Source of the DNA: Promethearchaeota archaeon Loki_b31
GTDB taxonomy: Archaea; Asgardarchaeota; Lokiarchaeia; Sigyniarchaeales; SOKP01
DNA: 14,848 nucleotides
Reading direction: 5' to 3'
NCBI GenBank assembly: GCA_005222975.1
Contig: NJBI01000068.1
Span: forward strand, 1 to 14,848
How positions within the stretch are numbered: the first letter of the stretch is position 1; each line of letters starts with the position of its first letter. The notes under the pieces were generated by a model. That model made no database searches. It was given only the letters and a program-made list of their open reading frames with translations, and was not told the DNA's origin. Shown piece by piece: positions 1 to 6,487 of this stretch. Both the position numbers and the translations under genes were made by a program.

Positions 1-116
1 ATGAAGAATCATTTATGGAACCTTATGAAGATTCATATAAATATTGGAAAAATCCCGATGGTACTATGCATGTACCAAAAAGAGATTTAGATGATATTAT
101 TTTCAAAATTTTTTAA
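1..116 (+). CDS. 3' end of an upstream gene (partial), product unknown
   Basis: Frame starting at 3 reads EESFMEPYEDSYKYWKNPDGTMHVPKRDLDDIIFKIF and stops at TAA 114-116; open from the window edge and followed by AT-rich intergenic DNA. Confidence 0.65.
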   Translation, partial: EESFMEPYEDSYKYWKNPDGTMHVPKRDLDDIIFKIF

Positions 117-249
117 AAATTAAATAATAATTTTAAATCAAGTTTATTTCTTAAAGTCTATTTTTCCATCTCTAACGCTTCTAATCATGTTAAGAAGAAT
201 AATTGCTATTCGATAGTTCTAGGTTTATTACTTAATACACCTATTACTT

Positions 250-368
250 AATGAAACCTAGCCCCACCCTAGATTTTGTTTTTAGTTGTTTAAAGAAAAA
301 AGATCAAAAATCTTTTTTTAAACAATCTTCCCTTTGATACTTTGTAACCTAACTCAAATTTAAGGTTT
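250..368 (+). ncRNA. Candidate structured small RNA, copy 1 (CCCCACC-loop family)
   Basis: Hairpin AAUGAAAC-CUAG[CCCCACC]CUAG-AUUUUGUU (250-280); hairpin GUUGUUU..GAU[CAAAA]AUC..AAACAAU (285-326); linker CUUCCCUUU; hairpin AACCU..AGGUU (346-350/363-367). Homologous in sequence and architecture to 2093-2222 on the minus strand. Confidence 0.55.
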
Positions 369-660
369 ATTCCCCAGAATTGAGGACAAATTTTGATAAT
401 TGCATATTATGTCCTCAACATTGGAGAAAAATTATTGGTAACATTAAAAATGAGGTTCAGATTTTCGTTTTCATAAAATTAGTTTTCTTTTATATATAGA
501 AAGCGATTTTCAATAACCAAAAATTTATATAGGTTTTCTTGCTTCTATTTTTTACTGATTTGACAATAAGATTAAAAAAAAATATTTGATATTCATAAAA
601 TAGCGAGTGGTGTATGGCTCGATATCTAATTTAACAATTAAAACTTGATATAATATTAAT

Positions 661-1224
661 ATGACTCCTCAGAAAAATTCTGTTAAAAATCCTAGTTCAA
701 ATAAAAATAGTTTTAACTTAAATAATTTATCCATGCGAGAGTTTGAAACCTTTCTGATTTTTTTAAGGCACGAAGGAGAAGAATTAAGTGTTTTGAAAAA
801 ATTTATCGATTTGAGTTTTGATTATACAAGTAGAACAAAAGCTTATGATTACATCAGTAGCTTATGCAAAAAAGGTTTAGCATTTAAGAGAACGACTCTT
901 GAAAAGGGAAAAAACATAACGAGAATTTTTATCAGAAAAAAAATTAGAAAAGAATACGAAAAATTTATACTACCCACGATTGGAAGTATAAAAGAATCGC
1001 TGAAAGATGTTTTCGAAGAATACCTATATGACCTTAAAGACGTGGAAAAAATACGCGAAAAATTTAGAGCATACACAGAAACGGTTATATTATCAATTAG
1101 TAATTTATTAGTAAATGAGCCTGTAAAAACTTTAAATAGTAAACGATTCCAAAAAAAGCTATATGACACGATTTGGAAATATTTTAGAGCTGAAATGCTA
1201 AAATACGAGATGTTTTCAAAATAA
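661..1224 (+). CDS. Winged helix-turn-helix (TrmB-like) DNA-binding protein, putative transcriptional regulator
   Basis: 187 aa; SRTKAYDYISSLCKKGLAFKR resembles the TrmB-type recognition helix pattern (R-x-x-x-Y-x-x-L-x-x-L-x-x-K-G-L) followed by a wing; helical C-terminal half of unknown function. Confidence 0.6.
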   Translation: MTPQKNSVKNPSSNKNSFNLNNLSMREFETFLIFLRHEGEELSVLKKFIDLSFDYTSRTKAYDYISSLCKKGLAFKRTTLEKGKNITRIFIRKKIRKEYEKFILPTIGSIKESLKDVFEEYLYDLKDVEKIREKFRAYTETVILSISNLLVNEPVKTLNSKRFQKKLYDTIWKYFRAEMLKYEMFSK

Positions 1225-1300
1225 AAGAGAATAATTTATAAAATCTAACAAATAGTTTTAAGTGCAAATATTTAATATTTAATTAAAAAACTGGGAAAAA

Positions 1301-2023
1301 TTGTTACTTCAGAGCGCTTTAACAGAAAGAATAATTATAGTTGGTGTATTCCAGATATGGCCAATTATATATGATTCTTTTTTTGCGTATAAATTATTAA
1401 AACGCGCAAAAAATCGTTCAACAGCCACTCTAAGTTGCTTTTTTATTTTTAATGCACTTGCTTTTTTCCTTGCTCTTGTTTCAATTATTCTTGCAAATGC
1501 CCTTTTTGCATATCTCTGCTATGTAATTGCTTTTTTTATCATTATGCTCGCTCAAAGTTTTGTAGTAATATTTAGTTGGCTTATCGTAAATCTTGGCGAG
1601 AAATTATCTTACAAAAAGTATTACTTAGGGTTTTTAATTTATGGAATCATTTCAACTTATGTCTTCTGGATAGGAATATTTTTAAAAGGGATTAGATACG
1701 ATTCTAGCACAGGTTGGATACCTGTTTTTAGCTGGTTATTTCTTTTTATAAGTTGGAGCTACATAATAATTTTTTTAATCGTTCCCGAAATAATTTTAGC
1801 AGTAAAGCTAATAAATATATTTGAAGGTGTAGCACTAAAACGAAGAATTAAATTATTTATTCTTAGCGTATTCTTAGAATTTGCTATTGTACTTCTCATA
1901 GTTTTGTATAATACTGGGATAAACAATACTGTTTTCAAGGTAATTAATTTATTTCTAATGCCACCCTTAGGCACTTTAGCAGCTTATTTTATTTACAAGA
2001 GCTTTGGAAAAGGATTGGAATAA
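1301..2023 (+). CDS. Stand-alone seven-transmembrane protein (HisKA_7TM-like sensor-type membrane domain)
   Basis: 240 aa, TTG start, seven hydrophobic segments separated by short basic loops (KRAKNR, KRRIK); loop GWIPVFSW between TM4 and TM5; no cytoplasmic output domain. Confidence 0.6.
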   Translation: MLLQSALTERIIIVGVFQIWPIIYDSFFAYKLLKRAKNRSTATLSCFFIFNALAFFLALVSIILANALFAYLCYVIAFFIIMLAQSFVVIFSWLIVNLGEKLSYKKYYLGFLIYGIISTYVFWIGIFLKGIRYDSSTGWIPVFSWLFLFISWSYIIIFLIVPEIILAVKLINIFEGVALKRRIKLFILSVFLEFAIVLLIVLYNTGINNTVFKVINLFLMPPLGTLAAYFIYKSFGKGLE

Positions 2024-2092
2024 TTTAATTTGTAAATATTCAAAATTCTATTTTATACTCTTTTACTTGATTAAATTATCAATAAATAGTTT

Positions 2093-2222
2093 AAAAGGTG
2101 ACTCCTAGCCCCGGGACCTAATAATAAGGTCTGAAACTAAATAGGGAGAGAAGGGTGAAACGAGTGTGCGTTCAAACACACTACCAAAAGACAAAAATCC
2201 AGGGTGGGGCAGGAGTCTTTGT
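2093..2222 (-). ncRNA. Candidate structured small RNA, copy 2 (CCCCACC-loop family)
   Basis: GC-rich island in an AT-rich intergenic region. Terminal helix GACUCCU-GCCCC/GGGGC-U-AGGAGUC (2217-2206 with 2112-2100); hairpins AGUGUG/CACACU and GACCU/AGGUC; upstream TATA-like GAAACTTAAATTTAAAAA (2257-2240); downstream UUUU (2096-2093). Confidence 0.65.
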
Positions 2223-2239
2223 TAGGTGTTATGGTTATA

Positions 2240-2257
2240 TTTTTAAATTTAAGTTTC
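2240..2257 (-). promoter_or_regulatory. Putative archaeal BRE/TATA promoter for small RNA copy 2
   Basis: Minus strand GAAACTTAAATTTAAAAA lies about 20-25 nt upstream of the first helix; AT-rich background weakens the signal. Confidence 0.35.
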
Positions 2258-2380
2258 AATTTCTGTCGATTTTTAGCTAATTCTCCCTTTAGTTCTAATT
2301 ATTATTATTATAACATACTATAATAAACTTTTGTGTCATTTAAATTGAAGATTAAGTTGAAATTTTTTTTATGTATAATA

Positions 2381-3100
2381 TCAAGATTTTTGAAGAACAT
2401 TTAAAGCAATTTCTGTTGAAATTTTTGCTTCCTCAACGGTAACCATTCCAATCGTCGAGCAACATATATTATGCTTAGAGATATATTCAAACGCTTTAAG
2501 TGGCTCTAATTTACCTGCTGCTAAAGTTTTCATTCCTATAAAATAATGGTCTTTATGACTATTTACAATATTTTCTAACTTTTTTTGTTCTCCCATGAAC
2601 ATACCTCGAGCGTTAAAGGGAATTAGAAAAGCTTTAACATAAGGAATATGTTCGAAAGCGTATTCTAAAGTAGAAACGGGGTTATGAGCGGCAATTCCGG
2701 GAATTATCCCTCTTGACTTAATGTCGTCTAATAACTTTATTAACTTATCATCCTTCTTATCAGAAATCATTCCATGTACGAAAATTAACTTAGCATCCAG
2801 TTTTGCAAGTTCTTCAATTAAAGGATCGGGTCCAGGAAAAGTAGAGCCTATTATTATAAAATCGTTGTGAGTTTCTGCCATTATTCTGGCAGCTTCACTA
2901 ACTTTACCCGCTGGCACTAATTCTATACCACGCCCCCCAGCTTCATAGCACGCTTCTAATATCTCTAATACCGCTTCCGTGTTATGCAAAAACTTTTTGC
3001 GGTAAATTCGGGCGTTTATTCCAAACTGCGAAGCTCCAAAAAAAGGAGAAGTCCCTGTCGAAACTAATGGGATTTGTTGGCCTTTTATTTCATAAAATAT
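2381..3100 (-). CDS. Aldo/keto-reductase-like TIM-barrel protein (archaeal hypothetical family), probable ATA start, 239 aa
   Basis: The frame of ORF 2381-2989 stays open up to TGA 3109-3107, adding IFYEIKGQQIPLVSTGTSPFFGASQFGINARIYRKKF. The C-terminal GMKTLAAG and IGM..VEE motifs are AKR-like. Confidence 0.7.
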   Translation of the reverse strand: MFYEIKGQQIPLVSTGTSPFFGASQFGINARIYRKKFLHNTEAVLEILEACYEAGGRGIELVPAGKVSEAARIMAETHNDFIIIGSTFPGPDPLIEELAKLDAKLIFVHGMISDKKDDKLIKLLDDIKSRGIIPGIAAHNPVSTLEYAFEHIPYVKAFLIPFNARGMFMGEQKKLENIVNSHKDHYFIGMKTLAAGKLEPLKAFEYISKHNICCSTIGMVTVEEAKISTEIALNVLQKS

Positions 3101-3120
3101 AATATATCACTTTAATTTGT

Positions 3121-3153
3121 TAATATTGACGATTAGTTTTAACTTCTTTTTTT
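3121..3153. repeat. 33-bp direct repeat, left copy
   Basis: TAATATTGACGATTAGTTTTAACTTCTTTTTTT, identical to 3502-3534. Confidence 0.95.
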
Positions 3154-3242
3154 TATATTTTTGTAAAGATTTAAATTTTTTGTCAGTATGATAAGAATGA
3201 ATAATTTTAAAATATTAAAAAAAACATAAATGAGGAATAAAA

Positions 3243-3458
3243 ATGATTTTTCAAGAGACTATTCAAAAGCTTATGTTTGTAATTACATGGTTTAATGTAA
3301 TTATTATAATAGTCATTATTTGTGTAATATCAATAGCTATAGCTGTATGGGTTTACAACGATGCTAAGAAAAGAGATATGAATGCTGTAGTGTGGTTATT
3401 AATTGTGTTATTAACTAGCTGTGTCGGATGCATTATATATTTGATAGTTAGAGAATAG
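3243..3458 (+). CDS. Small membrane protein, PLDc_N-like two-helix hairpin
   Basis: 71 aa with the W-V-Y-x-D-A-K-K-R ... W-L-L-I-V ... G-x-I-I-Y-L-I-V-R pattern; GAGGA motif upstream of the ATG. Confidence 0.8.
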   Translation: MIFQETIQKLMFVITWFNVIIIIVIICVISIAIAVWVYNDAKKRDMNAVVWLLIVLLTSCVGCIIYLIVRE

Positions 3459-3501
3459 TCATAAGAAGATTTTGGAAGTAAAAGTAGATTAAAGACATTC
3501 C

Positions 3502-3534
3502 TAATATTGACGATTAGTTTTAACTTCTTTTTTT
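3502..3534. repeat. 33-bp direct repeat, right copy
   Basis: Identical to 3121-3153, 381 bp downstream. Confidence 0.95.
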
Positions 3535-3538
3535 ATTT

Positions 3539-4528
3539 TTAATTCACTTTTGTTTTTGTATGTTTTTGTTTTAATAAAGAGAAGAAGTCGGATAAATCGA
3601 TATTTCCCCCGCTAATTATAAGCCCAATTTTTTTACCTTTAATTAACGATGGTTCTATATCACCGTACAATAATCCTGCTAAGGGAACTGCTCCCGAAGG
3701 TTCTACAACTAATTTCATGCGTTCCCAATAGAATTTCATTGCGTCAATAATTTGTTCTTCGGTCACCGTAATAATATCGTCGACGAACTCTTTGATTATA
3801 GGAAATGTTTTTTTCCCCACTGAAATTCTCAATCCATCAGCAATAGTATTTGGGTTTTCTACGGGTACCCTCTTTCCTAATTGAAACGACCTAAATGTAT
3901 CGTCAGCGTTTTTAGGTTCTACACCAATGACTTTGATTCTCGGTTTCAACCCTTTAGCTGCTATAGAGCATCCACTAATTAACCCACCTCCACCAACAGG
4001 GACAAGTAATAAGTCTAGAGCTCTATAATCGCTGATAAATTCATAAGCAGTAGTTCCCGCACCAAAAATTACGTTATAGTCGTCGAAAGGGTGAATTAGT
4101 CTATAATCGTTCTGTTTTATTAATTCAGCGGATAATTTGTCTCGATCACCCGGCTGGTTCCCACATAAAACGATTTCAGCTCCATAACCGCGTGTAGCAG
4201 TTATTTTAGCCGGTGTCGCATTATTGGGCATGACAATTGTAGCTTTAATGTGTAAAATTTTAGCTACTAAAGCAACCGCTTGAGCAAAGTTCCCTGACGA
4301 GTGAGCAATAATTCCCCTCTCCATTTCTTGCGAAGGTATGTGACTTATACAATTCCAAGCCCCCCTGAACTTAAACGAACCTGTTCGTTGAAAATTTTCA
4401 CATTTTACTATTACTCGTTTTGCACTTGTCAACGAATCTAAAGTTCTGCTAGTCATCAATGGCGTTAGGTTTGCAACATGGGACACTATTTTTTCGGCAA
4501 GTTTTATGTTTTTAAATATTTTAATCAA
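3539..4528 (-). CDS. PLP-dependent serine/threonine dehydratase family enzyme (short form; serine racemase / hydroxyaspartate ammonia-lyase-like)
   Basis: KCENFQRTGSFKFRGA (PLP lysine), SSGN, VGGGGL, TIADGL, EPSGA and SGGN motifs; no C-terminal ACT domain. Confidence 0.92.
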   Translation of the reverse strand: MIKIFKNIKLAEKIVSHVANLTPLMTSRTLDSLTSAKRVIVKCENFQRTGSFKFRGAWNCISHIPSQEMERGIIAHSSGNFAQAVALVAKILHIKATIVMPNNATPAKITATRGYGAEIVLCGNQPGDRDKLSAELIKQNDYRLIHPFDDYNVIFGAGTTAYEFISDYRALDLLLVPVGGGGLISGCSIAAKGLKPRIKVIGVEPKNADDTFRSFQLGKRVPVENPNTIADGLRISVGKKTFPIIKEFVDDIITVTEEQIIDAMKFYWERMKLVVEPSGAVPLAGLLYGDIEPSLIKGKKIGLIISGGNIDLSDFFSLLKQKHTKTKVN

Positions 4529-4665
4529 CCTCTTAATCGTCGTTTATAAATATATTGTTCAATTTAGAGTTTTTATTTGTTTTTATTTGTTAGTAATAAT
4601 AAATGTGTGTAATCTTAAAAAAAATGCTTAAAATTTGAATGTTCAAAATTGAATTTAAATAATAA

Positions 4666-4770
4666 AAAAACAATTTAATAATTCTTACTCCGAAAATCGG
4701 TCATATGATTCAATACGAAGCCTATGAAGATTATACAAAAGCAATTGAAGACTTTTTAAAAACCCTCTAA
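4666..4770 (+). pseudogene. C-terminal remnant of an alpha/beta hydrolase
   Basis: Reads LIILTPKIGHMIQYEAYEDYTKAIEDFLKTL*, the typical G-H-x-x-x-x-E...I-x-x-F-L end of alpha/beta hydrolases; in-frame TAA at 4663-4665 directly upstream and no N-terminal part. Confidence 0.65.
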
Positions 4771-5148
4771 AAATCATAAACCAACTCTTTTTTTTGCCAA
4801 TCTATAATTAGTACTTGATTAAATAATAATAAACCTCCTTCCTATTAATTTTTTAGTTCGACAAAACTTTAAAATGGGCATGTCGGTATTTATGAATTAT
4901 CGTAATACGGTTAACAAGACAATTTTGAAGAGTTCTTTGAAATAAGCCATCTTATGATATCGATTTGAGACTTAGTTGATTTTCTATAGCTTTTTTTAAT
5001 GTTTTCCTTGAGGTGGAGTGCCCAAACAACAAAGAGATTGATAGTCTACTGAACAAAAAATTAATAGATAAAATGAGATCAATCTAAATTTTTAGCAAAA
5101 TAAGAAAAAAAAATATTAGAAATAATTATAGGATTTAAGTTTAATTTA

Positions 5149-5994
5149 TTATTTCCTCTTTCTTCTTATTAATACTACGACTACAACGCCTATTACTGCT
5201 CCTCCGCCAATAACCGAAGCTATAATAATTAATCCGAAAGGAATTGCTCCTCCCCTCTTTTGGACTTGTATAACCGCCAAGCCGGAATTACCATCCGCCA
5301 CATAGGCGTAATCTCCGCTTACGTAAACGCCAAGGGCATCTCCTGTCGTGTCTTCGTAGACGGGCGTTTCAGGGTTTGTCGGGTCTGAAACATCGATAAC
5401 CGCTAATCCACTAGCTTCATCCGCCATGTAGGCGTAATCTCCGCTCACGTAAACGCCACACGCATATCCGGTCGTGTCTTCGTAGACGGGCGTTCCCGGG
5501 TTTGTTGGGTCGGAAACATCGATGACCGCCAATCCGCTGGCATCATTCGCCACATAGGCGTAATTTCCGCTCACGTAAACGCCACACGCATATCCGGTCG
5601 TGTCTTCGTAGACGGGCGTTCCCGGGTTGGTCAGGTCAGAAACATCGATGACCGCCAATCCACTGTAAAGATCTGCCACATAGGCGTAATTTCCGCTCAC
5701 ATAAACGCCAAGTGCATATCCAGTCGTGTCTACGTAGACGGGCGTTCCCAGGTCTATAGGCACGGAAACATCGATGACCGCCAATCCCGAAGTATAATCC
5801 GTGTTTTCGTAATAAATAGAACATTCTTGGGGTGGTCGTGTATTAATAATCTCGTTAGGATTCTTCTCGTAGATGGGAATTCCGAGATCTCTCTGAATAC
5901 TTATTAACAAATTTGGAATTACGATAAACATTGAAATCAGTAGAATAACCAGCAAGAAATTTATTTTTTTTGATTTCTTTTTTGATTTCTGCAT
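5149..5994 (-). CDS. LVIVD-repeat (beta-propeller) cell-surface protein with N-terminal signal anchor and C-terminal TM anchor
   Basis: Basic and hydrophobic N-terminus; 42-aa repeats SGLAVIDVSDPTNPGTPVYEDTTGxAxGVYVSGxYAYVADxx; C-terminal hydrophobic helix followed by RRKRK. Confidence 0.9.
   Translation of the reverse strand: MQKSKKKSKKINFLLVILLISMFIVIPNLLISIQRDLGIPIYEKNPNEIINTRPPQECSIYYENTDYTSGLAVIDVSVPIDLGTPVYVDTTGYALGVYVSGNYAYVADLYSGLAVIDVSDLTNPGTPVYEDTTGYACGVYVSGNYAYVANDASGLAVIDVSDPTNPGTPVYEDTTGYACGVYVSGDYAYMADEASGLAVIDVSDPTNPETPVYEDTTGDALGVYVSGDYAYVADGNSGLAVIQVQKRGGAIPFGLIIIASVIGGGAVIGVVVVVLIRRKRK
5270..5790. repeat. Coding tandem repeat, 126-bp unit, about 4 copies
   Basis: TAGGCGTAAT recurs at 5303, 5429, 5555 and 5681 (period 126). 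Confidence 0.95.
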
Positions 5995-6084
5995 TAATTT
6001 ACACCACTATCTTTAATTTTCTTAAAGATATCGTTTTAATATTAAGATACTATTACTTTTAAAGAATGAGATCGGTAATTGAAA

Positions 6085-6272
6085 ATGACAGCTTTCCGTT
6101 GCCCTCGCTATAATGGAAAGAAAATTATAGCGACTCTTTCGAACGTGCTGAATCTAATTTAAAATTTAATAAAGCCGATTTAGAAAAGTTTGGCAAATCG
6201 AACATATTAGCCTTTGAAGAAAAGAAAAGTACTTTAGAAGTGCTAAAAGAAAATAGAGGAATTAGAGAATAA
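6085..6272 (+). pseudogene. Frameshifted, degenerate small zinc-ribbon protein gene
   Basis: MTAFRCPRYNGKKII, then a frame change near 6124-6130 to YSDSFERAESNLKFNKADLEKFGKSNILAFEEKKSTLEVLKENRGIRE*. CPRY and RAES are consistent with decayed CxxC pairs; TAT, CGT and TCT are each one change from TGT. Confidence 0.55.
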
Positions 6273-6307
6273 AAGTAATTTTTTATTTATTTAGTCAAGT
6301 ACCGATA

Positions 6308-6427
6308 ATGGAAAAATCAAATTTACCAAAAATTGGATAATATTCAAATATTGATATTTGAACCGGCGAGCTTCAAGAATACATTAAATTTAAATTAAAT
6401 AAAGAAAAAAGAAGATTAATATATTGA
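6308..6427 (+). pseudogene. Possible decayed small ORF
   Basis: MEKSNLPKIG*YSNIDI*TGELQEYIKFKLNKEKRRLIY* in one frame with two internal stops; family not recognised. Confidence 0.25.
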
Positions 6428-6487
6428 CATTCAAATAAATAAAAAACTAAAAATGGTAAGTTGATTGTAATACCCTTTTTTATTCTT

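Noticed and set aside
604-634. GTGGTG-ATG mini-ORF (MARYLI*) and CGAG/CTCG hairpin upstream of the wHTH gene
   Set aside because: Six codons and a 4-bp stem are within chance expectation without conservation data.
1301-2023. 7-TM protein as a rhodopsin
   Set aside because: No lysine in the middle of helix 7 and no DxxxK or SxxxK retinal-binding motif.
2093-2222. Element as hammerhead ribozyme, tRNA, 5S rRNA, T-box, SECIS or origin recognition box
   Set aside because: CTGAAAC does not match the CUGANGA core; no cloverleaf or 5S motifs; AGGGTGGGG lacks the T-box NACC continuation; no adjacent UGA-containing selenoprotein; no full ORB motif or cdc6 gene.
2298-2312. (ATT)n microsatellite
   Set aside because: Four units in very AT-rich intergenic DNA; not significant.
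3107-3109. TGA upstream of the AKR-like frame as selenocysteine or readthrough
   Set aside because: The TGA is part of the AAGTGA ribosome-binding motif, and the frame upstream runs into the AT-rich repeat with no nearby start codon.
3121-3534. 33-bp repeats as a CRISPR array
   Set aside because: Only two copies, separated by 348 bp containing a gene; no cas genes in the window.
4873-5067. Possible small ORF or gene remnant between the hydrolase remnant and the LVIVD gene
   Set aside because: Only short frames of about 20-35 codons on either strand, with no recognisable family signal.
5270-5790. LVIVD repeats as a DGR template/variable repeat pair or CRISPR
   Set aside because: The repeats are in-frame coding tandem units, differences are not confined to adenines, and there is no reverse transcriptase in the window.
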